A stretch of DNA of 64,000 nucleotides from Escherichia coli (GTDB lineage: Bacteria; Pseudomonadota; Gammaproteobacteria; Enterobacterales; Enterobacteriaceae): assembly GCF_003018255.1 (NCBI RefSeq), contig NZ_CP027440.1; one strand, written 5' to 3'. A program made the position numbers and the translations under genes. The notes beneath the pieces are model-generated. The model was given only the letters and a program-made list of their open reading frames with translations. It did no database searches and had not been told where the DNA came from. This document shows positions 48,289 to 61,083 of this stretch, piece after piece (positions within the stretch are counted from its first letter, which is position 1; every line of letters begins with the position of its first letter).

Positions 48289-49481
48289 TCCTGACGTTTT
48301 CCTTTTATCCGTTCGTTATAACGCTGATAGTTCTTCGCTTTCGTAGGACTAAATGATAATGCCCGGCACCAGTAATCGTTATTGAGTAAAACTTTGCATA
48401 TTCGCCGCCAGGAGGGGATATCTTTCGCGCCAATGTCCCCTTGCTGGGTTTGTGGAACTTCGATGCCTTTTTTCTGATACCAGTGCAAATAAATGGCGAT
48501 TTTATTGCGGTAATGCTCAGCTGTTTTTTCCGGCATGCTATTGAGCAGCAATAATGCATATTCTTGCCAGTCTAAATGTTCTGGCTTGAGGATTTTCCGA
48601 TGACCATAAAAATGATTATCATGTCCGGCGTAAATGCCGCCACTTTTTACCCCGCTGACTCGTGCGCACATAGCAGCCCAGCGATCCGGTTCGATAACGT
48701 GATAGAGCCATAATCCTTGCCGTTGCTCCGGGCCAAAAGGTTCGCAAATTCGCATATGACGCAGAGGAACGCCTGCCTGATACATTATATTATACAGTGG
48801 GTTACAGAGCTGTTGATGGTTAGCATACCAGGTCCAGATATCAGCCACTTTCCAGTCGTAGATGGGGTAAATGTACCAGCTATGACCGCCTGGTGCGGCG
48901 GTGGTCCAGGGCATATCATCGGCAAAACGTTGTTTATTTAAACTGGCGATGGCGACAAAACGGTTGTAGGACTCATCTGCACGGATGCCGATCATCATCG
49001 CCGCCGGACGTTTTTGTGAAAACCATTCAGCAAACTCACGCACAAATTGTTCGAAGGTCATGCCAGGCTGGTAAAAGGAGAAAAAGTCAGGATCGGTTAT
49101 CGCATCTTGCGGGGGCTGACGCACCCATTCGACATCAGGTTCCCAGCACTGCCATTCGGGTTGGTATTGAGAAAGGGAATTTTGCGTCGTAAGCGGGAGC
49201 GCAACCCAGTAAAACTCTTCGATGACATCGGCGTAAAACTCACGTAATGACTGAACATAGTTAATAGTGCATGAGAACTGCGCTTCCCAGTCGATAAACA
49301 AAACGCAGATTTTTTTGCCCATTTGTCGGGCAATTTCGGCTGTCAGATGCAGCATTAATCCGGAATCTTTACCACCCGAAAAAGAAACACAGATACGGGG
49401 TAGGGTATTAAGTGTCCAGGTAATACGTTCTTTTGCAGCTTCCAGAATATTCAGTGGAAGCGGGATTTTATAAATAGACAT
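48261..49481 (-). CDS. ybdN: PAPS reductase-like domain protein YbdN
   Basis: 406-aa ORF with SFSGGKDS (PP-loop) motif. Confidence 0.85.
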   Translation of the reverse strand: MSIYKIPLPLNILEAAKERITWTLNTLPRICVSFSGGKDSGLMLHLTAEIARQMGKKICVLFIDWEAQFSCTINYVQSLREFYADVIEEFYWVALPLTTQNSLSQYQPEWQCWEPDVEWVRQPPQDAITDPDFFSFYQPGMTFEQFVREFAEWFSQKRPAAMMIGIRADESYNRFVAIASLNKQRFADDMPWTTAAPGGHSWYIYPIYDWKVADIWTWYANHQQLCNPLYNIMYQAGVPLRHMRICEPFGPEQRQGLWLYHVIEPDRWAAMCARVSGVKSGGIYAGHDNHFYGHRKILKPEHLDWQEYALLLLNSMPEKTAEHYRNKIAIYLHWYQKKGIEVPQTQQGDIGAKDIPSWRRICKVLLNNDYWCRALSFSPTKAKNYQRYNERIKGKRQEWGILCNND

Positions 49482-49627
49482 CTAAAAACGCTCTCTGAAC
49501 GTTACGGGGTGACTCGTGAGATGAATCCGCTAATTATAGGATAAACGAAGCAAGATAGAGCACATTATTTTATATTCACACAATGAATTAATTGATGCGT
49601 AATATATTATTTGTCAGTGGTAATGAA

Positions 49628-50530
49628 TCAGAAACTATCATTTAAACGATCTATGAATCGGGAGAAGACAAGGTTGTTCAACGAAGCCTTGTTATAGGAA
49701 ATATAAAGTTTAACCGCAGGAAGAGGTTGTTCTAGTTTTATTTCTTTTAACTTCAAAAAATCACGATGTAAATCGTACAGTTCGGTGGGCACAATGCCTA
49801 ATAAGTCAGTAACAGAAATGCTATTAATTATAGTCAACAAAGAAGAACTGCGAAATGAAACTTTACGGTTTATAAAACGTTCATCTATGTCCATTTGAAT
49901 TTCGTCAATCCCTGCTGATTTAGATATCAACAGGGTGAATTCTTCGGCGATAATTTGTTCATAGTTACTGGTATCAGTAATACGAGGATGTTTGTTGCTA
50001 CATATAAGGGAATTGCGAATAGTGTGTAACGGCATGCAGATGACAGAGCGACTAATTACTGGTTGCAGTGTAATTGCCAGGTCAGTTTTGCGTTGAACCA
50101 ACAGTTCTTCGGCATTTTCAGCTGAAAGCAGGATGTCATGGCATTCTATATCGATTGAAGTATCTTGTCTAAGACAGCGGATTAGCATGTTGTTATTAGT
50201 ACAAGAAATAAGCTGAGGACCGTAGATAATAAAATTTTTCTTTAGTTCAGACTTATTAACGATATTGATCGTTTGTTCAAGGCCTCTGAGATTTTTCTCA
50301 AGATGGTGATGCAGGTTTAACCCTGTTGTAGTCGGCGCGATACCTTTCCCTGAGCGAATGAATAACGGGTCATTAAATTGCGCACGTAAACGTTGTAATG
50401 ACTGACTAACAGCAGAGGGCGTTATATATAATGATTCTGCCGCTTTACTAATGCTGAGATGTTGATAAATACATTCAAATATGACCAGTAAATTGAGGTC
50501 AAATTTTTTTAGATCATAAAGATTAGCCAT
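49628..50530 (-). CDS. ybdO: LysR-family transcriptional regulator YbdO
   Basis: ORF 49628-50566; N-terminal HTH; start assigned to internal Met (MANLYDLKKF...), alternative start possible. Confidence 0.8.
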   Translation of the reverse strand: MANLYDLKKFDLNLLVIFECIYQHLSISKAAESLYITPSAVSQSLQRLRAQFNDPLFIRSGKGIAPTTTGLNLHHHLEKNLRGLEQTINIVNKSELKKNFIIYGPQLISCTNNNMLIRCLRQDTSIDIECHDILLSAENAEELLVQRKTDLAITLQPVISRSVICMPLHTIRNSLICSNKHPRITDTSNYEQIIAEEFTLLISKSAGIDEIQMDIDERFINRKVSFRSSSLLTIINSISVTDLLGIVPTELYDLHRDFLKLKEIKLEQPLPAVKLYISYNKASLNNLVFSRFIDRLNDSF

Positions 50531-50735
50531 AACATACTCCGTTGTATTGTCTCTTCCATAAATCATTCACTTGATCAATAATGTTTTTTGTATTTATATG
50601 TATTATGTTTTTCTGCTTAACTTTGGATTAAGATTTTCTAAAATAGCATAGCTGTCAGGTGGGTTACGAGCAATTCATGCGTTTTTAGGATGGTTGAAAA
50701 GCAAGGATATATTTCAACCATCCATGAATTATCCT

Positions 50736-51482
50736 TTATTTATTCCCCATAATGATATTAAGCATTTTCTGATCGGGTAATCCGACGGCTTGTTGCAGGG
50801 TATTTTCCTTACTCATGTAATAGATAGCTGGTGTGACATTTGCCCCCAGATCGTCCATGAGTTTCTCGTTGTCGCTTAACACTTTCATTTGCTCTGTGCT
50901 TACGTTTGCAGGCACGCTTAGCTTAAGCTTGCCACCAGAGGCTTCATATTGTTGCCAGGTTTTTGCGGGATCTTTGGAGGCAAGAATTGCCGCTGCTGTC
51001 GCCGGGCTTTCTGGCTTGATAACCCCAACCAACAATGTTCTTAATTGCACTTTGCCAGAATCTACCCACGGACGAGCCTGCTGCCAGAATTGTTTACAAT
51101 ATGGGCAGAACGGATCGGCGAAGACGTAGACAATGACCGGCGCATCTTTTTTACCGTCGAGGAGCCAGTGGGATTGTTCCATCCGTTGCCACATTTCACG
51201 TCCGGCGGGTGCGTAAATTTCTTTTTCGATAAGCGTGTTACTCAGGTTTTCACCTTTTTCGTTGTACATGTAACCAGAGATAGCGTGCTTACCATCTGGA
51301 GTCAGGTAGATGGTGACGCCCATATCCTGATACTTACCGAGATAACCTTTCATTCCTCCAGGGGCATCGAACGTTTTGATGATTGTAATACCCTGTTTTT
51401 CAATCGCTTTTACTGGGGCAGGAAGTTCCTCTGCGAAGGCGATTGCAGGAAGCAGAGCCAGTAAAAGTATCTTTTTTAACAT
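50736..51482 (-). CDS. dsbG: Periplasmic disulfide isomerase DsbG
   Basis: ORF 50736-51542; known start [21 protein letters not shown] active site. Confidence 0.95.
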   Translation of the reverse strand: MLKKILLLALLPAIAFAEELPAPVKAIEKQGITIIKTFDAPGGMKGYLGKYQDMGVTIYLTPDGKHAISGYMYNEKGENLSNTLIEKEIYAPAGREMWQRMEQSHWLLDGKKDAPVIVYVFADPFCPYCKQFWQQARPWVDSGKVQLRTLLVGVIKPESPATAAAILASKDPAKTWQQYEASGGKLKLSVPANVSTEQMKVLSDNEKLMDDLGANVTPAIYYMSKENTLQQAVGLPDQKMLNIIMGNK

Positions 51483-51853
51483 TAATTTGTCCTTTTCAGT
51501 CAGTGCAAAAGTCGAGTAAAAGGCATAACCTATCACTGTCATAGGTAAGAGCTTAGATCAGGTGATTGCCCTTTGTTTATGAGGGTGTTGTAATCCATGT
51601 CGTTGTTGCATTTGTAAGGGCAACACCTCAGCCTGCAGGCAGGCGCTGAAGATACCAAAGGGTAGTTCAGATTACACGGTCACCTGGAAAGGGGGCCATT
51701 TTACTTTTTATCGCCGCTGGCGGTGCAAAGTTCACAAAGTTGTCTTACGAAGGTTGTAAGGTAAAACTTATCGATTTGATAATGGAAACGCATTAGCCGA
51801 ATCGGCAAAAATTGGTTACCTTACATCTCATCGAAAACACGGAGGAAGTATAG

Positions 51854-52417
51854 ATGTCCTTGATTAACACCAAAATTAAACCTTTTAAAAACCAGGCATT
51901 CAAAAACGGCGAATTCATCGAAATCACCGAAAAAGATACCGAAGGCCGCTGGAGCGTCTTCTTCTTCTACCCGGCTGACTTTACTTTCGTATGCCCGACC
52001 GAACTGGGTGACGTTGCTGACCATTACGAAGAATTGCAGAAACTGGGCGTAGACGTATACGCAGTATCTACCGATACTCACTTCACCCACAAAGCATGGC
52101 ACAGCAGCTCTGAAACCATCGCTAAAATCAAATATGCGATGATCGGCGACCCGACTGGCGCCCTGACCCGTAACTTCGACAACATGCGTGAAGATGAAGG
52201 TCTGGCTGACCGTGCGACCTTCGTTGTTGACCCGCAGGGTATCATCCAGGCAATCGAAGTTACCGCTGAAGGCATTGGCCGTGACGCGTCTGACCTGCTG
52301 CGTAAAATCAAAGCAGCACAGTACGTAGCTTCTCACCCAGGTGAAGTTTGCCCGGCTAAATGGAAAGAAGGTGAAGCAACTCTGGCTCCGTCTCTGGACC
52401 TGGTTGGTAAAATCTAA
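51854..52417 (+). CDS. ahpC: Alkyl hydroperoxide reductase peroxiredoxin AhpC
   Basis: 187-aa [31 protein letters not shown]... with peroxidatic Cys motif FTFVCPTE. Confidence 0.97.
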   Translation: MSLINTKIKPFKNQAFKNGEFIEITEKDTEGRWSVFFFYPADFTFVCPTELGDVADHYEELQKLGVDVYAVSTDTHFTHKAWHSSSETIAKIKYAMIGDPTGALTRNFDNMREDEGLADRATFVVDPQGIIQAIEVTAEGIGRDASDLLRKIKAAQYVASHPGEVCPAKWKEGEATLAPSLDLVGKI

Positions 52418-52587
52418 ATTTCCTTTGTCTTTCGCGCTACTAACTCCGGCGCGAAATACTTCGGAAATTCACCTAATTCTTCGGGTGCTGCGGCACCCGA
52501 TTTTCTTCCCCGCACCATGATGCAAGCTGCATCCAGGTAGCCGCAGAGGCCGCTTGCATGATGATGTTTAAAGCCCAGGAGATAAAC

Positions 52588-54153
52588 ATGCTCGACACAA
52601 ATATGAAAACTCAACTCAAGGCTTACCTTGAGAAATTGACCAAGCCTGTTGAGTTAATTGCCACGCTGGATGACAGCGCTAAATCGGCAGAAATCAAGGA
52701 ACTGTTGGCTGAAATCGCAGAACTGTCAGACAAAGTCACCTTTAAAGAAGATAACAGCTTGCCGGTGCGTAAGCCGTCTTTCCTGATCACCAACCCAGGT
52801 TCTAACCAGGGGCCACGTTTTGCAGGCTCCCCGCTGGGCCACGAGTTCACCTCGCTGGTACTGGCGTTGCTGTGGACCGGTGGTCATCCGTCGAAAGAAG
52901 CGCAGTCTCTGCTGGAGCAGATTCGCCATATTGACGGTGATTTTGAATTCGAAACCTATTACTCGCTCTCTTGCCACAACTGCCCGGATGTGGTGCAGGC
53001 GCTGAACCTGATGAGCGTACTGAACCCGCGTATTAAGCATACGGCAATTGACGGCGGCACCTTCCAGAACGAAATCACCGATCGCAACGTGATGGGCGTT
53101 CCGGCAGTGTTCGTAAACGGGAAAGAGTTTGGTCAGGGTCGCATGACGTTGACTGAAATCGTCGCCAAAATTGATACTGGTGCGGAAAAACGTGCGGCAG
53201 AAGAGCTGAACAAGCGTGATGCTTATGACGTATTAATCGTTGGTTCCGGCCCGGCGGGTGCAGCGGCAGCAATTTACTCCGCACGTAAAGGCATCCGTAC
53301 CGGTCTGATGGGCGAACGTTTTGGTGGTCAGATCCTCGATACCGTTGATATCGAAAACTATATTTCTGTACCGAAGACCGAAGGCCAGAAACTGGCAGGT
53401 GCGCTGAAAGTTCACGTTGATGAATACGACGTTGATGTGATCGACAGCCAGAGCGCCAGCAAACTGATCCCGGCAGCGGTTGAAGGTGGCCTGCATCAGA
53501 TTGAAACAGCTTCTGGCGCGGTACTGAAAGCACGCAGCATTATCGTGGCGACCGGTGCAAAATGGCGCAACATGAACGTTCCGGGCGAAGATCAGTATCG
53601 CACCAAAGGCGTGACCTACTGCCCGCACTGCGACGGCCCGCTGTTTAAAGGTAAACGCGTAGCGGTTATCGGCGGCGGTAACTCCGGCGTGGAAGCGGCA
53701 ATTGACCTGGCGGGTATCGTTGAGCACGTAACGCTGCTGGAATTTGCGCCAGAAATGAAAGCCGACCAGGTTCTGCAGGACAAACTGCGCAGCCTGAAAA
53801 ACGTCGACATTATTCTGAATGCGCAAACCACGGAAGTGAAAGGCGACGGTAGCAAAGTCGTAGGTCTGGAATATCGAGATCGTGTCAGCGGCGATATTCA
53901 CAACATCGAACTGGCCGGTATTTTCGTGCAGATTGGTCTGCTGCCGAACACCAACTGGCTGGAAGGCGCAGTCGAACGTAACCGCATGGGCGAGATTATC
54001 ATTGATGCGAAATGCGAAACCAACGTGAAAGGCGTGTTCGCAGCGGGTGACTGTACAACGGTTCCGTACAAGCAGATCATCATCGCCACTGGCGAAGGTG
54101 CCAAAGCCTCTCTGAGTGCTTTTGACTACCTGATTCGCACCAAAACTGCATAA
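52588..54153 (+). CDS. ahpF: Alkyl hydroperoxide reductase flavoprotein AhpF
   Basis: ORF 52558-54153; known start [21 protein letters not shown] and CPHC redox motifs. Confidence 0.95.
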
Positions 54154-54182
54154 GAAGAAGTAAGATTCACCTGCAATTGCTT

Positions 54183-54213
54183 AGCCGCCGGGGTCAAACC
54201 TGGCGGCTTTTTT
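54183..54213 (+). terminator. Rho-independent terminator downstream of ahpF
   Basis: Hairpin agccgccgggg...ctggcggct followed by tttttatt. Confidence 0.65.
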
Positions 54214-54273
54214 ATTGCATTAAAAAGCCCTGCAGGGATGGCTCCGGGCAGGGCGGGAGACTTATTCTGGCAA

Positions 54274-54702
54274 TTAACGCACAACCAGCACCGGCAAATT
54301 GGCGTGGCGGATCACGCTCGAGGCGTTAGAACCCAACAGATGAGTTGAAATTGATGGGTTACGCGAACCAATCACTACTACATCTGCATCAAGTTCTTTC
54401 GCTAACTCGTTAACTTCATCCCGCACACTACCAAAACGGACATGTTGCTTAATGCGGGAAGGATCGATGGTGAAGTGGCTGACCATCGTTTGCAGACGTT
54501 CTTCTGCTTCATGTTGCAGATGCTCTTCAAAACGACGTACATCAGCGGCAAAACGGTGCAGGCTCAGGCTGGCTGACCCCGGTAGTACGTGAAGTAGATG
54601 AATAACTCCGTCATCCTGGGCGAGGAATTCAGCGTGGCGAATCGCTTTGTCGCTCAATTCCATTTCGAAAACATCCACTGGCATGATGATTGTTTTGTAC
54701 AT
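54274..54702 (-). CDS. uspG: Universal stress protein UspG
   Basis: ORF 54274-54735; known start [20 protein letters not shown]. Confidence 0.9.
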
Positions 54703-55058
54703 AAGCATTCTCTCCTTGTTTTTGCATGTATGCATAACAGCACATTATTGGTTATGAATCTATAATTTGCGAGGCTGATTTGATCTGAATTTGCTATTGA
54801 GCTGGAAAATAAATAAAAACCAGGCGCTACCAGCGTTGTTCAAGGTATAGCACTGCAGCAACAATAATTGCTGCTATGAATATATAAAATGCAGTGATAC
54901 CGAGAGCTTCGCTCATATGAGGTTCCGCAGATGAATAGCCAGTTCAGATTAGAATGCTGCGCTTAAGAGCAAAATGATAAATCTGGTTGATATTTGAGCG
55001 GAAAGAGGATGCGAGTGCATCCTCTGGGCAAAGCGAGTTATCGCTTGTGCAGATGGGA

Positions 55059-55469
55059 TTAAAGCAGGTAGTCGCCAGCAGCTTCTGGCTGGTATTCGAG
55101 TTCCAGCACTTCAAGGTGGGTTGCAACGCCGCCCGGAAGTTCCCAGTGAATGGAATCGCCAACGCGCAGCCCCAGCAGTGCGGCACCTACCGGAGCCATA
55201 ACGGAAAGCTGAGTATTGCTGTCGGTCATTTTTGCCGGATACACCAGCGTGCGCACACGCACTTCGCCATCGCTAAGATTGCGGAATTTAACCCGGCTGT
55301 TCATTGTCACCACGTCGTGTGGCATCTCTTCTGGCGAACACATTTGGGCGCGATCCAACTCTGCGTTTAACGCGTCGGCGATTGGCAAACCAGCATAGGC
55401 GGGTTGCTCCAGCAGAATATCGATGCGTTCGGCATCCAGGTCGTTAATGATGATAGTTGGTCTGGACAT
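55059..55469 (-). CDS. rnk: Regulator of nucleoside diphosphate kinase Rnk (GreA/GreB-like)
   Basis: 136-aa [32 protein letters not shown]... Confidence 0.9.
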
Positions 55470-55698
55470 TTTTACTCCATGTCGTCGGTACTGCGAGTGT
55501 CGCAGATAAACATACCCAAAAGAAAACCCTCACCGTCAGGCGGCGAGGGTTTAACTCACATGATGATACTGACTGTTGCTCACTCTTTGAAGTGATTTGC
55601 GTCACATTCAGGGAATTCCTCAATGTAGCGCATTATGTATAAATCTTAATCGTCATGGTTTATGGAAGACGAATTAGCGTGTTTTGTAAATCAGAGGA

Positions 55699-56505
55699 TT
55701 AATAACCTGCTTTATCAATCACAAAGGTTTTGCCACAGTTGCCTGGGTGTGGTTGTGGCAAGAATGAGTTGGCAGAAAGCGGAGCGTTGATGGCGTCAGC
55801 TTTGATCGAGATCTGAATTTCAGTCAAATACGCAGGGTTACCCTGGCACGTTAGCTTAACTGCTTTCACGTTCTCTTTTCCCCAGCTTTTGGCAAAGGCG
55901 GCATCAAAGTCACGGCGGCTCACTGTTTTACCGTAGTTATCCGCAAGGAATTTTCCGGCTTCGCTCTCTTTAATTTCTTGATTCAGGCGTACCATCGTGC
56001 CGAAGTATGCGTCTGGATCAAAACCAAAGCAGGCACCGTGTTTGGCATATTCGTAGCGTTCCAGGCAGGAACGTCCGCCAGCTCCTGGCATGACTTCACT
56101 TAGTTTAGCGGCCGTTTCCAGTGATAACCCGGTTTCCGGCGATGAACACATTCGGCTGGCGCGCGCTTCTGGTAGATTCGGGATTGGGCGAGTAGCGCAA
56201 CCGAAGCGCATCCAGCGGCGTTCATCAACACCACGGGCAGCAACCGATTTAGGCAATCCTGGCCACAGACCATGTACGGTCAGAAAATCAGCTTTGTTGG
56301 TCGTTTCGGTTTGCAGGCGACATTCATCTCGTTCGTTACGATTTCGATCGTGTTGACTCTGGCAAAATCCGGTTTGCCAGGAGAGGGCCAGGACATAGCG
56401 ATCAAAATCGCCATACTGTTTTGCCTGCAACGCCACGGCGTTGGCAGAAGAGAAGGGAAGCAGAGAAACCGCGAGCAACGCGGCGTTACGCCAGAATGCT
56501 TTCAT
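55699..56505 (-). CDS. rna: Periplasmic ribonuclease I
   Basis: ORF 55699-56523; known start MKAFWRNAALLAVSLLPFSSANA; T2 RNase HGLWP motif. Confidence 0.95.
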   Translation of the reverse strand: MKAFWRNAALLAVSLLPFSSANAVALQAKQYGDFDRYVLALSWQTGFCQSQHDRNRNERDECRLQTETTNKADFLTVHGLWPGLPKSVAARGVDERRWMRFGCATRPIPNLPEARASRMCSSPETGLSLETAAKLSEVMPGAGGRSCLERYEYAKHGACFGFDPDAYFGTMVRLNQEIKESEAGKFLADNYGKTVSRRDFDAAFAKSWGKENVKAVKLTCQGNPAYLTEIQISIKADAINAPLSANSFLPQPHPGNCGKTFVIDKAGY

Positions 56506-56552
56506 AATGGGTGTGGAACTCATACATACACTGAATATTATCTATTTAATCA

Positions 56553-56587
56553 TAAAAAAGCCCGCCAGGTGGGTTTACCTGGCGGGC
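56553..56587 (-). terminator. Rho-independent terminator downstream of citT (minus strand)
   Basis: Minus-strand reading gcccgccaggtaaacccacctggcgggc followed by ttttttatg. Confidence 0.7.
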
Positions 56588-56618
56588 GTGATGATTTATT
56601 CAGCGTTTGGCGAACGTA

Positions 56619-58082
56619 TTAGTTCCACATGGCGAGAATCGGCCAGCCAACCAACAGCAACATAGAGATGTAAATCACCCCGAAGATTGCGCCAAGACGC
56701 CAGTAATCTTTTGATTTCACATAGCCACAGCCGTAAATAATCACCCCAGGACCGGTTGCATACGGCGTCAGACAGCCCATGATACCGATAGATAGCACCA
56801 GCAGGATACACAGTTGTTCCATTGGTACGCCCGGAATACCTTTACCGACGGCCAGAATAACCGGCAGCATGGTTGCGGTGTGCGCAGACAGGCTGGCAAA
56901 CAGGTAGTGTGCAAAGTAGAACACCAGAACCAGTACAATCACCGTTGCGTTTGGTGAGAATCCTTCCAGGTGCGTACTCATGGTATTGGCGAACCAGTCA
57001 ATAAAACCAGAACGAGTCAGGCCGTTAGCCATCACAACCAGAGTTGCCAGGTTGACCAGCGTGTTCCATGCGCTGTTATAGCGGGTAATGTCTTTCCACG
57101 GCACAACGTGCAGGGCCAGCATTAGCGAAACTGCCAGCAGACCAACCGCAGTAGCATTAATGACTTCACTGCCAAATACCCACAAACCTAAGCTGAGCAA
57201 TACAAGGCCAATCAGCGTCCACTCTCTGCGTGTCAGCGCACCCATGGTTTTTAGTTCATCACCCGCCCAGGTTGCCACTTCTTCACTGTGTGTGATTTCC
57301 GGTTTGTACAGCACGTAGGAAAGCCACGGCGCAATGATAAGCAAGATAACCCCAACCGGCAGGAAGCAGAGGAACCACTGCAACCAGCTAATCTGGATAC
57401 CGGCAATTTTGCTGACGAACTCCAGACCCAGCACGTTTGGTGCCGCACCGGTGACAAACATGGACGAACTCAGACTGGTACTAATGACCATCATCCACAT
57501 CAAATAGCCGCCAATACGACGCGCGGACGGATCGTTCGGGAATGATTTAAACAACGGCGGCAGGTTTTTAATGACCGGAAAAACCGTACCCCCGGTACGC
57601 GCGGTGTTGGACGGTGTAAACGGTGCCAGCAGAATGTCGATAATGACAATCGCATAACCCAACGTCAGCGTGCGTTTGCCCATGAATTTCACCAGGAAAA
57701 GGGCAATACGACGGCCTAACCCGGAAACTTCATACCCTAATGCAAAAATAAATGCGCCAAATACCAGCCATACCGTGGTGCTGGAAAAACCAGCCAGACC
57801 CCATTTCAGCGCCTGTTTTTGCGCATTAAACGCTGGGTCAGCTAATTCTTTGGCATCAAAGAGCAGGTAATTACTGCCAATAACGCAAATAGTAACCGCA
57901 ATAAAACTGATCGCCGTTGCCGGAATTGGCTCGAGGATCATGCCGACAATCATTGCCACAAACACTGCAAAGTAATGCCACGCCTGCGGCGGCATACCGT
58001 CAGGTACAGGGATAAGAAACATGACACCCATCACCACCAGGGGCGCCAATAATTTCCATATATTATCTTTTGCTAAAGACAT
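56619..58082 (-). CDS. citT: Citrate:succinate antiporter CitT (DASS family)
   Basis: 487-aa polytopic ORF MSLAKDNIWKLLAPLVVMGVMFLIP... Confidence 0.95.
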   Translation of the reverse strand: MSLAKDNIWKLLAPLVVMGVMFLIPVPDGMPPQAWHYFAVFVAMIVGMILEPIPATAISFIAVTICVIGSNYLLFDAKELADPAFNAQKQALKWGLAGFSSTTVWLVFGAFIFALGYEVSGLGRRIALFLVKFMGKRTLTLGYAIVIIDILLAPFTPSNTARTGGTVFPVIKNLPPLFKSFPNDPSARRIGGYLMWMMVISTSLSSSMFVTGAAPNVLGLEFVSKIAGIQISWLQWFLCFLPVGVILLIIAPWLSYVLYKPEITHSEEVATWAGDELKTMGALTRREWTLIGLVLLSLGLWVFGSEVINATAVGLLAVSLMLALHVVPWKDITRYNSAWNTLVNLATLVVMANGLTRSGFIDWFANTMSTHLEGFSPNATVIVLVLVFYFAHYLFASLSAHTATMLPVILAVGKGIPGVPMEQLCILLVLSIGIMGCLTPYATGPGVIIYGCGYVKSKDYWRLGAIFGVIYISMLLLVGWPILAMWN

Positions 58083-58132
58083 ACGGGTTCTCCGAAAATT
58101 AATATTTCCAAATTTATCAAGTGCTTAAATAA

Positions 58133-59537
<1,405 letters not shown>

Positions 59538-59540
59538 GGC

Positions 59541-61073
59541 TTATTCCTTCACCTGATGCACAACATCGATCACCGAGCCATCGCGGTAACGCACAACGGC
59601 AACGACGCGGTCGGTGAATTCAATCGGCTGTGGTTCACCGGTCAGCAGACGCGCACGTTCACGCAGCCACTCAATAGAAACCACTTTGATCCCCGCTTCC
59701 TGCAGACGTTCTGCCAGCTCCGGACGTGCCGGGTTAACAGCGATGCCGTGGTCTGTGACCAGAATATCGACACTGGAGCCCGGGGTGATGCAGGTCAGCA
59801 CGTTATCCACCAGCGTCGGAATACGACCGCGTACCAGCGGCGCGACGATGATGGAAAGCGCAGAAGAAATCGCGGTATCGCAGTGACCACCGGAAGCACC
59901 ACGCAGTACGCCGTCAGAGCCGGTCAGCACGTTAACGTTGAACTGGGTGTCAATTTCCAGCGCACTCAGTACCACCACGTCGAGACGATCAACCGATGCG
60001 CCTTTCGACCCCCAGTTAGCGTACTGGTTGGCGCTGATTTCGATGTGATTGGGGTTACGGGCCAGCGATTGCGCAGCATGGCTGTCAAAGCTCTGCACAT
60101 CCAGCAGTTTGCGGATCAGACCTTTTTCGTGCAGATCAACCATCGTTGCGGTAATACCGCCGAGGGCGAAGTCGGCGCGAATATCGCGGCTACGCATTTT
60201 GTCTTCCAGGAAACGGGTTACCGCCAGCGAAGCGCCGCCGGTGCCGGTCTGCATGGAGAAACCTTCTTTGAAGTAGCCAGAGTTAACAATCACATCCGCA
60301 GCGCTACGGGCAATAAGCAGTTCGCGCGGGTTAGTGGTCATACGGGTAGCACCAGCGCCGATTTTTGCAGCATCGCCAACGCGATCAACTTTGACGATCA
60401 GATCAACCTGATCTTGCTCAATGCTTGCCGGATTATGCGGATAAGGCAGCAGTTCTTCAGTGAGCATCACAACCTGTTTTGCGTTGTCGGCATCAACCAT
60501 TGCATAGCCGAGGGAGCCGCAGCAGGCTTTACCGGTGTAGCCGTTGGCATTGCCGAATTCATCACAGGACGGGACGCCGAGGAAAGCCACGTCGATATTC
60601 AGTTCGCCGCTCTGTACCAGATGCACACGTCCGCCGTGAGAGTGGATTTGCACCGGTTCCGCCAGCAGACCACGGGAGATCTCTTCCGCCAGCGGACCGC
60701 GCAGGCCGGAGGTATAAATGCGGGTAACCACGCCCTGGCGAATGTGTTCTACCAGCGGCGCATGGCAATCACTCAGGGAGCTGGAGGCCAGAGTCAGGTT
60801 TTTAAAGCCCATCTTCGCGATGACGTCCATCACCATATTGACGGTCAGGTCACCGCCACGGAAAGCGTGATGGAAGGAAACCGTCATGCCGTTCTGTAAA
60901 CCAGAGCGACGAATCGCTTCTTCCAGGTTGGCGCACAGTTTGCGATCTCGCGCTTTTTCAGCCTGGTAGGTTTGCTTTGGCGAGTTCTGGAAAGCGGCAA
61001 GATCGCATTCAGCGCGACGATTCCAGGCCGCTACCCGTTCTTGTCGTTGAGATTGTTCAATTTTCTGCGTCAT
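59541..61073 (-). CDS. citF: Citrate lyase alpha subunit CitF
   Basis: 510-aa ORF MTQKIEQSQRQERVAAWNRRAE... Confidence 0.95.
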   Translation of the reverse strand: MTQKIEQSQRQERVAAWNRRAECDLAAFQNSPKQTYQAEKARDRKLCANLEEAIRRSGLQNGMTVSFHHAFRGGDLTVNMVMDVIAKMGFKNLTLASSSLSDCHAPLVEHIRQGVVTRIYTSGLRGPLAEEISRGLLAEPVQIHSHGGRVHLVQSGELNIDVAFLGVPSCDEFGNANGYTGKACCGSLGYAMVDADNAKQVVMLTEELLPYPHNPASIEQDQVDLIVKVDRVGDAAKIGAGATRMTTNPRELLIARSAADVIVNSGYFKEGFSMQTGTGGASLAVTRFLEDKMRSRDIRADFALGGITATMVDLHEKGLIRKLLDVQSFDSHAAQSLARNPNHIEISANQYANWGSKGASVDRLDVVVLSALEIDTQFNVNVLTGSDGVLRGASGGHCDTAISSALSIIVAPLVRGRIPTLVDNVLTCITPGSSVDILVTDHGIAVNPARPELAERLQEAGIKVVSIEWLRERARLLTGEPQPIEFTDRVVAVVRYRDGSVIDVVHQVKE

Positions 61074-61083
61074 TTTGATTGCC

